A stretch of 64,000 bases of DNA from Gemmatimonadota bacterium. Lineage in GTDB: Bacteria; Gemmatimonadota; Gemmatimonadetes; Palauibacterales; Palauibacteraceae. The notes under the pieces were generated by a model that searched no databases, had not been told where the DNA came from, and saw nothing but the letters and a program-made list of their open reading frames with translations. A program made the translations under genes and the position numbers. Where the stretch lies: contig JBHIAV010000011.1 of NCBI GenBank assembly GCA_046758745.1, forward strand, positions 10,952 to 74,951. Reading direction: 5' to 3'. Positions 52,426 through 62,324 of this stretch are shown piece after piece; the first letter of the stretch is position 1, and each line of letters opens with the position of its first letter.

Positions 52426-53481
52426 ATGACGGAGCGACGAGCGGCGATCGCGGGAGGGGGCGCCGAACCGGCTGCGGCGCCGGCCGGCCGGGTAAGCGAG
52501 GAAGACCTGGCCCGCCAGGCCGGTCGGATCGAGGAGGCGAGCCGCTTCGTGGAGGAGGTGCGGCGCGCCGTCTCCACCCGTGTGGTGGGGCAGGATCGGA
52601 TGGTGGAGCGGCTCCTCATCGGTCTTCTCACCGGTGGCCATGTGCTGCTCGAGGGGGTGCCGGGCCTCGCGAAGACGCTGGCCGTCCGCACGCTGGCCGA
52701 CGCCATCCACACGACCTTCCGACGCATCCAGTTCACGCCGGACCTCCTCCCCGCTGACCTGATCGGCACCCTGGTATGGGACGAGACGACCCGGGAGTTC
52801 GTGCCGAAGCGCGGGCCGATCTTCGCCAACCTCGTGCTGGCGGATGAGATCAACCGGGCCCCCGCCAAGGTACAGTCTGCGCTCCTGGAGGCGATGCAGG
52901 AGCGACAGGTGACGATCGGGGACACGAGCTACCCTGTTCCGCGGCCATTCCTGGTCCTCGCCACTCAGAACCCGATAGAGCACGAGGGCACGTATCCCCT
53001 CCCCGAGGCCCAGGTCGACCGCTTCATGCTCAAGGTGCGGGTCGAGTATCCGGGGCGGGAGGAGGAGCGCGAGATCATGCGCCGGATGAGGGCCGACGTG
53101 CTTGCGCCGGTCGAGGCGGTGGCCGAGCCGGCGGAGATCCTCGCCGCCCGCGAGATCATCGGCGAGATATACCTGGACGAGCGCATCGAGAACTACATCC
53201 TGGACCTCGTGCGGGCCACCCGAACTCCGAGCGAGGTCGGGATCGACCTTGACGGCTGGCTCGAGTACGGGGCCTCTCCGCGAGCCAGCATCTATCTGGC
53301 GCGCACGGCGCGGGCGCACGCCTTTCTGGATGGCCGTGCCTGGGTGCTGCCGGAGGACGTGCAGACGATGGCGCGGGATGTCCTGCGTCACCGCCTCGTG
53401 CTCACCTTCCAGGCCGAGGCGGAGGAGACCACCCCCGAGGCGGTTCTCGACCGTCTGCTCGAGTCCGTACCCGTTCCCTGA
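52426..53481 (+). CDS. moxR: MoxR family AAA+ ATPase
   Basis: EGVPGLAKT, RIQFTPDLLPAD, DEINRAPAKVQSALLE, TYPLPEAQ.DRF. Confidence 0.95.
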   Translation: MTERRAAIAGGGAEPAAAPAGRVSEEDLARQAGRIEEASRFVEEVRRAVSTRVVGQDRMVERLLIGLLTGGHVLLEGVPGLAKTLAVRTLADAIHTTFRRIQFTPDLLPADLIGTLVWDETTREFVPKRGPIFANLVLADEINRAPAKVQSALLEAMQERQVTIGDTSYPVPRPFLVLATQNPIEHEGTYPLPEAQVDRFMLKVRVEYPGREEEREIMRRMRADVLAPVEAVAEPAEILAAREIIGEIYLDERIENYILDLVRATRTPSEVGIDLDGWLEYGASPRASIYLARTARAHAFLDGRAWVLPEDVQTMARDVLRHRLVLTFQAEAEETTPEAVLDRLLESVPVP

Positions 53482-54401
53482 TGCGCCTGTGGCCTCGCCG
53501 CCGGCGACCGCAGCCGGCGACGGACCGGCGAGACATCCCGAAGCGGGTGCGTCGCCTGGAGCTCACGGCCCGCCGCCTCCTGGACAGCCGAGCCCTGGGC
53601 GCCTACGACTCGGTGTTCCGTGGCCACGGCATCGAGTTCGCGGAGGTGCGGGCGTACCAGCCAGGCGACCCCTTCCAGGCGATCGACTGGAAGGTGTCGG
53701 CTCGCATGGGCCGGCCGTACGTGAAGCGCTTCGTGGAGGAGCGGGAGCTGACCGTGCTCCTGGCGCTGGATCTCTCCGCCTCCACGGCGTTCGGCACCCG
53801 GTCCCGGCAGAAGCGGGAGCTTGCCACCGAGGTGGCCGGTCTCCTGGCGCTCTCCGCGAGCCGGAGCAACGACCGGGTGGGACTTCTCCTCTTCACCGAC
53901 CGCGTCGAGCGGTTCGTACAGCCGACCCGAGGTAGGAATCGTGTTCGCTGCCTCCTGCACCAAATCCTCGACTTTCAGCCCGAGGGCCGCGGGACGGATG
54001 TGGGCGTGGCTCTCGAATCGGCGGCGCGACACCTGAGGGTCCGCTCCCTGGTGTTCATCCTTTCGGACTTCCAGGGCCCGCCCTTCCATCGGGCCCTGGC
54101 CGGCGCGGCGCGGCGTCACGATGTTGTGGGGATCCATCTGCGCGATCCGGCGGAGGCGTGGCTCCCCCCGGCCGGTCTCGTCGATGCGGTCGACCCCGAG
54201 ACGGGCGCGCGGGTTCTTCTGGATCTCTCGAGCCCGGCGGTGCGCGACGCCGTCGCCAGGCGCGCGGCGGCGGAGGAGGACCGTCTCTCCCGGCTCTTCC
54301 TGGGCCTCGGGTGCGACCGCATCCTTCTCCACACGGACCGCCCCTACGCCGCCGATCTCGCGGCCTTCTTCGCCGCGAGGGCGCGGGTGCGCCGGCGGTG
54401 A
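53481..54401 (+). CDS. DUF58 domain protein
   Basis: G.EFAEVR.Y.PGD...IDW, VKRF.EEREL, DLS.S, SDF. Confidence 0.92.
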   Translation: MRLWPRRRRPQPATDRRDIPKRVRRLELTARRLLDSRALGAYDSVFRGHGIEFAEVRAYQPGDPFQAIDWKVSARMGRPYVKRFVEERELTVLLALDLSASTAFGTRSRQKRELATEVAGLLALSASRSNDRVGLLLFTDRVERFVQPTRGRNRVRCLLHQILDFQPEGRGTDVGVALESAARHLRVRSLVFILSDFQGPPFHRALAGAARRHDVVGIHLRDPAEAWLPPAGLVDAVDPETGARVLLDLSSPAVRDAVARRAAAEEDRLSRLFLGLGCDRILLHTDRPYAADLAAFFAARARVRRR

Positions 54402-55363
54402 GCGGGCTTCTTCTCCTGTCTGTCCTGCAGGCGACTCCGGCCGTGACGGCGGTCGTGTCGCCCGAGACGGTGCGCGTGGGCGAGCCCTTCCTCCTCGGGG
54501 TGAGTGTGCGGATCGACCCCGGCGCCGAGGTGCTGTTCCCGCCGGCCGTCCCCGCGCAGGAGGAGCTGGAGCAGGCGGCCGGCGCCGAGATCTCGCGCAG
54601 CGACTCCACGCCCGGCCAGTGGCGCGCGTACTACCGGCTGGTGGCGTGGCGCGTGGGCGCGACCGCTCTGCCCCCGCTCACCCTTCGGCTGGTCGGGTCC
54701 GGGGGAGAACGGGAGATCGAGGTGGCGAGCCCCTCCATCGCCGTTGTGTCTGTGCTCCCAGCCGACACGGCGGGGCTCGAGCTGCGCGATCCCCGTCCGC
54801 CCCTTCCGCAGCGCCGCTTCCCGTGGCTCGCGATCCTGCTCGCGCTGCTGGCGCTCCTGCTCGTCCTGTGGTGGCTCCGCCGCCGCGCCGGTCGAAGAGA
54901 CCACGCCGCGGCGAAGCTGGACCCGGCGGATGCCGCCCTCCGGGCGTTCGCCGCGCTGCGCGCGGACCTCGAAAGCGGGCGGACCGACGGGACGGTCGGG
55001 TACGACCGCCTGGAGGCGATCCTTCGCGAGTATCTGGCGGCCACCCGGGCTTGGCGCCCCGGCTCGCCGCTCCGCTCGCTCGCTGGCGCCACGGACAGAA
55101 AGGCTCCGTCCCGTCCCGATGGCCGGGGACCCGCGGGCCCGAGCGGCGGGGGGCGACCCGCCGCTCCTGAGCGCGGCGTGCGGGGCACGTTCGTCGGGGG
55201 AGATGGGGACGGGCGCCTCGCCGGGCCGCTGCGCCGGTCCGCGCTGGCGCGTTTCGCCCGGCTCGGTGTCGATGGCCGTGCAGCGCTCACCGATGCGGAC
55301 GTGTGCGCGAAGTGGGTGCGGAATGACCACGACCTCTCGACGCGGGGGGAGGGGGGAGGGTGA
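54398..55363 (+). CDS. Hypothetical protein of the Bat cluster (Ig-like domain plus TM)
   Basis: V.PETVRVGEPF, one TM segment, ILREYL; overlaps both neighbours. Confidence 0.7.
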   Translation: MSGLLLLSVLQATPAVTAVVSPETVRVGEPFLLGVSVRIDPGAEVLFPPAVPAQEELEQAAGAEISRSDSTPGQWRAYYRLVAWRVGATALPPLTLRLVGSGGEREIEVASPSIAVVSVLPADTAGLELRDPRPPLPQRRFPWLAILLALLALLLVLWWLRRRAGRRDHAAAKLDPADAALRAFAALRADLESGRTDGTVGYDRLEAILREYLAATRAWRPGSPLRSLAGATDRKAPSRPDGRGPAGPSGGGRPAAPERGVRGTFVGGDGDGRLAGPLRRSALARFARLGVDGRAALTDADVCAKWVRNDHDLSTRGEGGG

Positions 55364-56340
55364 TCGAGTTCGGCAGCTGGCCCTACCTCCTGCTCGTCGT
55401 CCTCATCCCCGCCGGGTGGGTGTGGATGCGCCGACGGCGGGTGCTCCTCCCGTATCCGGCCGCCGGGCGGCTGCTCCGGCGCCGGTCGGCGGGCGTGTGG
55501 CACGCCTGGTCGCCGGCATGGCGGGCCGCCTCCCTGGCGCTTCTCGCCCTCGCCATGGCCCGGCCCGAGCGGCTCCTGGAGAGAATCCAACGGGAATCGG
55601 AGGGAATCGCCATCGTGCTCGCCTTCGACATCTCGAGCTCGATGCTGGCCGAGGACTTCCGGCCCCAGAATCGGATCGCGATCGCGAAGCGGGAAGTCGT
55701 GCGGTTCGTCGCCGGACGCGAGCGGGACCGAATCGGCCTCGTTGCGTTCGCGGGAGAGGCCCTCACCGTCGTGCCGGGGACTCTGGACCATTCCCTCCTG
55801 GTCCAGGCGGTCGAGAACCTACGCGTCGGTCAGCTGGAGGATGGGACGGCGATCGGAACGGCGCTGGCCACCGCCGCCAACCGGCTGCGGGGGCTCGACG
55901 GCACTTCCCGAGTGGTCGTGCTGCTGACCGACGGAGACAACAACCGTGGGACCATCTCTCCGGAGGAAGCCGCGGCCGCCGCGGCAGCGCTCGGGATTCG
56001 TGTATACACGATCGGCGTGGGACGCGACGGCGTCGCGCCCGTCCCGATTGGACGCACCGCGTTCGGCTATCAGTACGCCGAGATGGAGGTGAACGTGAAC
56101 GACGAGCTCCTCGAGCGGGTGGCGACGGCCACCGGGGGGCTCTACTTCCGCGCCACCGATCCCGCGGCGCTGACGCGCATCTACGAGCGAATCGATCAGC
56201 TGGAGAGGGCTCCGATCCGCGAGACGAGGAGCGTGGAGCGGATCGCGGCGCGATCGGAGCTGCTTTGGCTCGCCCTCGCGGCACTTGGGATCGAGCTGCT
56301 GGGGGCGGCGACGCGAGCGCGGCGGGTGCTGGCGGCGTGA
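55360..56340 (+). CDS. VWA domain protein (BatA-like)
   Basis: DISSSM MIDAS, DRIGLV.F, GTAIG, LLTDG.NN. Confidence 0.9.
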   Translation: MIEFGSWPYLLLVVLIPAGWVWMRRRRVLLPYPAAGRLLRRRSAGVWHAWSPAWRAASLALLALAMARPERLLERIQRESEGIAIVLAFDISSSMLAEDFRPQNRIAIAKREVVRFVAGRERDRIGLVAFAGEALTVVPGTLDHSLLVQAVENLRVGQLEDGTAIGTALATAANRLRGLDGTSRVVVLLTDGDNNRGTISPEEAAAAAAALGIRVYTIGVGRDGVAPVPIGRTAFGYQYAEMEVNVNDELLERVATATGGLYFRATDPAALTRIYERIDQLERAPIRETRSVERIAARSELLWLALAALGIELLGAATRARRVLAA

Positions 56341-57341
56341 CACCGGAAACCGGAACCGTCCTGGCGATGGCGGCGGTCGCCTTCCTGCTGCGCGGCGCGG
56401 CGCTAGTGCGCGGGCGTCGCGACCGAGCGGCGATCGCTGATGCTCCCCTTCTCGAGCGACTCGTGCGTCGGCCGTCCGCCGTCGTGGCGTGGGGGCGAGC
56501 GCTGCTGCTGGCGGCCGGTGTCGCGGCGCTGGTCGGTGCTTTCCGCGGCGGCCGGACCGACGCGCCGAGTGCCCCGGTGGAGGCGGAGCGGGAGACGGTG
56601 CTCGTGCTCGACGCCTCCAACTCGATGCTGGCCCGGGACGTCGAGCCGAGCCGGCTCGAGAGGCAACGCACTCTGGCGCGCCACCTCGCCTCCCATCTGC
56701 CCGGTCAGGTGGGCATCGTCTTCTTCGCGGGACGGGGCTACGTCCTCTCGCCCCTCACCACGGACCGCGATGCCACTCTCATGTACGTGGAGGCGGTGGA
56801 TCCTTCCGCGGTGGGACGGGGCGGCACCACCCTCGCCCTGGGCCTCGAGCAGGCGCTCGATCTGCTCGCGGGGGGGAAGGCCGGGGCCAGGCGAGCGGTC
56901 GTTCTCATCTCCGACGGCGAGTCGACGGGAGAGGAGAACCTCCTGGCGCCCCTCCTCTCCCGTGCCGCGCGGGCCCAGGTGCCCGTGTACACGATCGGTG
57001 TGGGGACCCGCAGCGGAGCGCGGATCCCTCTCCCGGATGGGTCCGAGGCGCCTCGCCGTCCCGGTGCGCGCGCGGCCCGGGAGGGCGAGCGCTTCCTGCG
57101 GGACCCGGCCGGCCAGGTGGTTGTCACGCGTCTGGAAGAGGAGGCTCTGCGCACCATCTCGCGGGCGACCGGCGGTCTGTTCCTCCCGGGAACCATGCCC
57201 GGTGCCGAGCGTCTTCTTCGCGAGCTGGCCGTTGGCGCTAAGGACGATCGTCCGGTCGGTGCGGGCCTCCCGGCCGATCCGCTGATTCTCCTCGCCTTTC
57301 TCCTGCTGTGGGCGGAAGGCTTCCTCTTCCGGAGGGGCTGA
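56337..57341 (+). CDS. VWA domain protein (BatB-like)
   Basis: LDASNSM.A.DVEPSRL, PLTTD, ISDGE. Confidence 0.88.
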   Translation: MTPETGTVLAMAAVAFLLRGAALVRGRRDRAAIADAPLLERLVRRPSAVVAWGRALLLAAGVAALVGAFRGGRTDAPSAPVEAERETVLVLDASNSMLARDVEPSRLERQRTLARHLASHLPGQVGIVFFAGRGYVLSPLTTDRDATLMYVEAVDPSAVGRGGTTLALGLEQALDLLAGGKAGARRAVVLISDGESTGEENLLAPLLSRAARAQVPVYTIGVGTRSGARIPLPDGSEAPRRPGARAAREGERFLRDPAGQVVVTRLEEEALRTISRATGGLFLPGTMPGAERLLRELAVGAKDDRPVGAGLPADPLILLAFLLLWAEGFLFRRG

Positions 57342-57343
57342 GG

Positions 57344-58168
57344 ATGGAGAACCTCGCGGCCCGCGGCCCTGCGCTCGCCCTCTTCGCAGCCGTGCTGTTG
57401 GCCGCCGGCTCCTTCGCACCGGAGCCCGATCCATCTCCCCCCGCCCGTCTCGGGTCCCGGGCCCTCGGGGCGGCCGGTCGCCCGGGGACCCAGGAGGCGG
57501 AGCCGAGAGCTCCCGAGCCGGGGAGGGCGGATCCTCCTCCCGATGAGGGGACGAAGGTCACCCAGTCCTCATCGCACTTGACCGTCTTCCCGCCGGAAAC
57601 ACTCACTCGCTACCGGGAGCGCGCGGAGCGCTCGGACAAGCCCCGCGATTGGTACAACCTCGGCTCGGCGCTCCTCATCTCCGGGGATGAGACGGGATCC
57701 CGGACGCCGCTCGAGCACGCCGTGGGGGGAGGGGAGGGGGAGGTGCGCCGCTACGCGGTCTACAACCTGGGCCTGGCCGACGCGCTGGACGGCCGCGGGG
57801 GCGACGCATCGCCGGAGGAGCGCCGATCCCTCCTTCTGAAAGCGCGGGATGCCTTCCGCACGGTACTGCGGGCGGACCCGGGGGATGAGGATGCGAGGTG
57901 GAACCTCGAGCTGATCGAGCGGTGGCTGGAGGAGGAGGCGCAGAGTGGGGGAGGGGGAGGTGGCGGCGGTGGGGGAGGGGGCGGTGGGGGCGGCGCCGGT
58001 GGTGCGGCGGCGCCGCAGGCGGGCGGGGCCGGAGCGGAGGCCCCCGAGCTGAGCCCTGAGGAGGCGGAGGCGCTGCTGAACGCGGCGGCCCTGGCCGAGC
58101 GCGGTGTGCAGGAGAAGCGTCTGGACCGGGAGCGGAGTCGGGATCCGGTGGTGGAGCGAGACTGGTAG
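57344..58168 (+). CDS. TPR-like protein (BatC-like) with a poly-Gly tract
   Basis: WYNLGSA, YNLGLA, DARWNLE, C-terminal ERDW. Confidence 0.8.
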   Translation: MENLAARGPALALFAAVLLAAGSFAPEPDPSPPARLGSRALGAAGRPGTQEAEPRAPEPGRADPPPDEGTKVTQSSSHLTVFPPETLTRYRERAERSDKPRDWYNLGSALLISGDETGSRTPLEHAVGGGEGEVRRYAVYNLGLADALDGRGGDASPEERRSLLLKARDAFRTVLRADPGDEDARWNLELIERWLEEEAQSGGGGGGGGGGGGGGGGAGGAAAPQAGGAGAEAPELSPEEAEALLNAAALAERGVQEKRLDRERSRDPVVERDW

Positions 58169-58175
58169 GTTCGCC

Positions 58176-58838
58176 CTACGCCTCTTCGTGGGCGTCCTCT
58201 ATGAGGGGCACGAAGCGTGCCCCTTCGATCGCCTCGCAGGTGGTTCCGGCTTCGTCCTTTCGGTAACGACAGATCGTCTGGAGCGCCGGCTCACCGATCG
58301 GAGCTACCAGCAGCCCGCCGATCGCGAGCTGTGCGAAGAGAGCTGGCGGGACGACCGACGCGGCAGCGGTGAGCAGGGTCCGATCGAACGGCGCCTCCTC
58401 CGGCCACCCACGGCTCCCATCCCCGAGCCGAAGGTGCACCCGGTCGATCCACCCCGTGGTGAGAAGGGCCACGCGCGCGGCCTCGAGCAGCTCGGGAATC
58501 CGCTCCACCGTGTATACCTCGCACTCGCACGCCGCGAGGACCGCCGCCTGATAGCCCGAGCCCGTACCGACCTCCAGCACGCGCAGCCCCGGCTGCGGGC
58601 GGAGGAGGGAGGTCATGAGCGCCACGATGTAGGGCTGCGAGATTGTGGCACCGTACCCGATCGGCAGGGCGTGGTCGGAGTAGGCCGCGTCGACCCGTGC
58701 CGCAGGCACGAAGAGGTGGCGCGGGACGGCCCCCATGGCGGCCAGCACACGCTCGTCGGCGATGCCGCGCCGACGGATCTGGTTCTCGATCATGTCGGCA
58801 CGCCGCTCGTCGGTGCGTCGCCCGCGAAACAGGCGCAT
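58176..58838 (-). CDS. pcm: Protein-L-isoaspartate O-methyltransferase
   Basis: VPRHLFV, TISQPYIVA, LEVGTGSGYQAA, FVPL. Confidence 0.94.
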   Translation of the reverse strand: MRLFRGRRTDERRADMIENQIRRRGIADERVLAAMGAVPRHLFVPAARVDAAYSDHALPIGYGATISQPYIVALMTSLLRPQPGLRVLEVGTGSGYQAAVLAACECEVYTVERIPELLEAARVALLTTGWIDRVHLRLGDGSRGWPEEAPFDRTLLTAAASVVPPALFAQLAIGGLLVAPIGEPALQTICRYRKDEAGTTCEAIEGARFVPLIEDAHEEA

Positions 58839-59014
58839 GGCCGCATTGCCTCCCAACGTGTCGGAGCGTTGAAGGAATAGTGGCGCCTGCTCCCCGTTGC
58901 CGCAAAGGTCGGGGCCGGTCTAGCTTGCCCCGGCCGCGTTCGGAGACGTGGCAGAAAGGTCGCAGCCACAACGGCGGACGGGACTTCGTCCGCACGGGAC
59001 CATCCACCCTGGAG

Positions 59015-59058
59015 GGAGGGAGATGAGCACACCCGGTGGAGGGAGATGAACACACCCG
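59015..59058 (+). repeat. Direct duplication of the selD RBS and start (ggagggagatgaRcacacccg, 2 copies, 23-bp period)
   Basis: 59015-59035 versus 59038-59058, one mismatch. Confidence 0.85.
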
Positions 59059-60104
59059 CGTCGGAAGCCGTTCGGCTGACGCAGTACTCGCACGGCGCCG
59101 GTTGAGCGTGCAAGCTGGGTCCGGAGGACCTCGCTAAGATCCTGCGATTCGTGCCGGGCTCGGAGGACGCCCGGCTCCTCGTCGGACTGCGGTCGCCCGA
59201 CGACGCGGCGGTGTACGCCCTGGACGAGGAGCGCGCGCTCGTCGCGTCGCTCGACTTCTTCACCCCGCTCGTGGACGACGCGGAGGACTTCGGCGCCATA
59301 GCGGCGGCCAACGCTCTCAGCGATCTGTACGCCATGCGGGCCGTCCCTGCGCTCGCCCTCAGCATCCTGGCCATTCCGGCGGGCGAGTTCCCGGATGAGG
59401 TCGTCCGTGGAATCCTTCACGGAGCCGGCGAGATCTGCGCAGAGGCGGGGATCGCGATCGTGGGCGGGCATTCGATCGATGACAAGGAACCGAAGTTCGG
59501 CCTCGTCGCGATCGGCTTCGCCCATCCGGACCGTTTGTACCGAAGGACAGGCGCCGAGCCGGGCGATGCGCTCGTCCTCGGGAAGGCGCTCGGCACCGGC
59601 GTGATCACGACGGGGATCAAGCGAGGCATCGCCTCGAGCGAGTCGGTGGGCGCTGCGATTCGCTCGATGCGTCGGCTCAATCGCCGGGCGATGGAGACGC
59701 TGGACGGCTTCGAGGTCCACGCCGCCACCGACGTCTCGGGCTTCGGCCTTCTCGGCCATCTTCTCGAGGTGTGCCGCGCCTCCGAGGTGAGCGCCGTGGT
59801 CGGCGCCCGAGCACCGGCGCTGCTCCCCGGGGCGCTGGAGCTCGCGGCGGCCGGATCCGTGCCGGGCGGAACGGACCGCAATCGGCGGGCGGTGGAGCCC
59901 GAGGTGGCGTGGGACTCCGGAACCGGCGAGCTGCTGCGCATCCTGCTGTGCGACGCGCAGACCTCGGGAGGGCTCCTGGCGGCGGTCCCGGCCGGGGAAG
60001 GCGAGGAGCTCTCTCTCGCCCTCGTGGAGGCCGGCTACGAAGCGGCCGTGGTTGGAAGGGTGGAGCCGAGGGGGGAGATCACGATTCGCGTGGAGGAAGA
60101 ATGA
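59046..60104 (+). CDS. selD: Selenide, water dikinase (selenophosphate synthetase); selenoprotein with Sec at TGA 59103-59105
   Basis: MNTPASEAVRLTQYSHGAG-U-ACKLGP is in frame with DDAAVY, DFFTP, AANALSD.YAM and DAQTSGGLL; RBS precedes ATG 59046. Confidence 0.95.
59113..59135 (+). promoter_or_regulatory. SECIS-like hairpin downstream of the selD UGA
   Basis: agc-t-gggtcc GGA ggacct-c-gct stem-loop; apical loop begins with G, 18 nt after the UGA. Confidence 0.65.
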
Positions 60105-60772
60105 GCACCTCGGGAGCCCCGTCCGCAGCGAAGCCCGGCTCGGCGTATCCGAACCTGGTCGTCGTCGACCATCCCCTCCTTCGCCACAAGGTCTCGCTCC
60201 TCCGCGACCGGACCACGCCGAAAAAGATCTTCAAGGAGCTGGTGGATGAGATCGCGATGTTGATGGCCTACGAGGTGACCGCCGACCTTCTGACCGAGGA
60301 GTATGCGCTGAGCACGCCCCTCGAGGAGACGACGGGGCAGCGGGTGGTCGGGGAGCTTCTCACGCTCGTGCCGATCCTGCGAGCCGGGCTCGGCATGGTC
60401 GAAGGCGTGCTTCGCCTCATCCCGACCATGCGGGTCGGCCACATCGGTCTGTACCGGCACCACGACACCCTCCAGCCCATCGACTACTACTTCAAGATCC
60501 CCCCCAGCCCCGCCGAGAGCGAGTTCATCGTGACCGATCCGATGCTGGCCACCGGTGGGTCGGCCAGCGCGGCGATCCGTTTCCTCAAGCAATCGGGGGC
60601 GCGTCGGATCCGGCTCATGTCGATCGTCGCGGCCCCGGAGGGGGTGGAGCGCATGCTCGCCGACCACCCGAATACTCCGGTTTTCACCGCCGCCCTCGAT
60701 CGCCAGCTGAACGAGCACGGCTACATCCTCCCCGGCCTGGGAGACGCCGGAGATCGCCTCTTCGGAACCTAG
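60101..60772 (+). CDS. upp: Uracil phosphoribosyltransferase
   Basis: VPILRAGLGM, DPMLATGGS, GYILPGLGDAGDRLFGT. Confidence 0.96.
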   Translation: MSTSGAPSAAKPGSAYPNLVVVDHPLLRHKVSLLRDRTTPKKIFKELVDEIAMLMAYEVTADLLTEEYALSTPLEETTGQRVVGELLTLVPILRAGLGMVEGVLRLIPTMRVGHIGLYRHHDTLQPIDYYFKIPPSPAESEFIVTDPMLATGGSASAAIRFLKQSGARRIRLMSIVAAPEGVERMLADHPNTPVFTAALDRQLNEHGYILPGLGDAGDRLFGT

Positions 60773-60785
60773 AGCCGGCGGGTCT

Positions 60786-62324
60786 TCAGCCGGCGGTTCC
60801 CCCGCCCGCCGGCGCTTCCGCCCTCTCCTCGGGCCGCGCTCCTGCGCGCGGCCGACGCCCGGCGGCGTAGCTCGAGGCGCGCCGCCGTCGATCTCGGACC
60901 CACGTCTCCGGCATGAGGAGCACGAGGAGGGTGTAGAACTCCAGCCGGCCGAGCAGCATCAGGACGGCCAGAAGGAGGTGCGCCGCCGAGCCGAGGTCCC
61001 CGTAATGGCTCGCCGGCCCCACCGCTCCGAGGCCCGGGCCGATGCTGGACAGCGCTGCCAGTGAGGCGCTCAGCGACGTCACGAGGTCGTTCCCGAGAGC
61101 GGCGAGGGCGATCGTCCCGGCCGCGTGCGTGAACATGTAGAGGGCGAGAAACGCGAGAACGTTCAGCACGACCTCCGGTCGAATCGGATGCCGGCCGAGC
61201 CGCGTGACGATGATGGCGCGCGGGTGGACGACCTTGCGAACCTCGCGCAGCACGTGCTGGGTGACCACCGCGCCGCGCACCACTTTGAACCCTCCCCCGG
61301 TCGAGCCCCCCATCGCTCCCATGAACATCATGCCCACGAAGAGAACGAGGCACACGGCCGGCCAGGCGGCGAAGTCGTCTGTCGCGAATCCGGTCGTGCT
61401 GTGTATCGCCACGACGTTGAAGAGGGCGCGGCGGAGGCCGGCGGCTGACCATTCCCCTCCGCCCAGGCCCAGCACGCCGAAGCACACGACGGTGACGACG
61501 GCGATGGAGCCGACGTACCAGCGCCACTCCACATCCTGGAACCATGTCCTCCACTCGCCCGCGAGGAACCTGTAGTGGAGGGTGAAGTTCACCCCCGCGG
61601 CGAACATGAAGAGGATGGTCACCCACTGGATGGCCGGCGAGAAGGCGGCCAGAGAGGCCGTTCGGGTGGAGAACCCGCCCGTGGCGAGCGCACTCATCGC
61701 GTGGTTCACCGCCTCGAAGACGGACATGCCGAGGAGCACGTACAGGCTTGCCAAGAGGGCGGTGAAGAGGAGGTAGACGCTCCACAGAAGGCGGGCCGTG
61801 GAGGCGATGCGCGGCTGAATCCGGTCGGTGGCGATCCCGGGCGCCTCGGCCCGAAAGAGCTGCGCGCCGCCCACACCGATCAGGGGAAGGATCGCCACGC
61901 CCAGGACGATGATTCCCATCCCTCCGATCCAGTGGGTCACGCTCCGCCACAGGAGGATGCTGCGAGGGAGCGCCTCGACCACCGCGAAGACCGTGGCTCC
62001 GGTGGTGGTGAAGCCCGATACCGACTCGAAGAGCGCCGCCGCCGGTGTCGGCGCCACCCCGGTCGTGAGGAATGGCACGGCGCCCGCGTGCACGATGGCG
62101 ATCCACCCCAGTCCGACAATGGCGAGCGCCTCGCGCGGGTTCAGGAATACCCTCCGCGGCGTGGACAGCCAGAGCGCGGCGCCGAGTCCGGCGCTGATGC
62201 CGATCGCCACCGCCCACGCGCCCAGGAGTCCCTCGCCGATCGACACGAGCGCGCATGGCGCCATGGCGAGCGCCGCCGACACGAGGAGCCCGCCGACGAC
62301 GTGCAGGACCTCCCGTAGGTTCAC
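60786..62324 (-). CDS. trkH: Trk potassium uptake membrane subunit
   Basis: FESVSGFTTTG, WIGGMGII, ATGGFS, GSTGGG.K, LLGRLE. Confidence 0.93.
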   Translation of the reverse strand: MNLREVLHVVGGLLVSAALAMAPCALVSIGEGLLGAWAVAIGISAGLGAALWLSTPRRVFLNPREALAIVGLGWIAIVHAGAVPFLTTGVAPTPAAALFESVSGFTTTGATVFAVVEALPRSILLWRSVTHWIGGMGIIVLGVAILPLIGVGGAQLFRAEAPGIATDRIQPRIASTARLLWSVYLLFTALLASLYVLLGMSVFEAVNHAMSALATGGFSTRTASLAAFSPAIQWVTILFMFAAGVNFTLHYRFLAGEWRTWFQDVEWRWYVGSIAVVTVVCFGVLGLGGGEWSAAGLRRALFNVVAIHSTTGFATDDFAAWPAVCLVLFVGMMFMGAMGGSTGGGFKVVRGAVVTQHVLREVRKVVHPRAIIVTRLGRHPIRPEVVLNVLAFLALYMFTHAAGTIALAALGNDLVTSLSASLAALSSIGPGLGAVGPASHYGDLGSAAHLLLAVLMLLGRLEFYTLLVLLMPETWVRDRRRRASSYAAGRRPRAGARPEERAEAPAGGGTAG

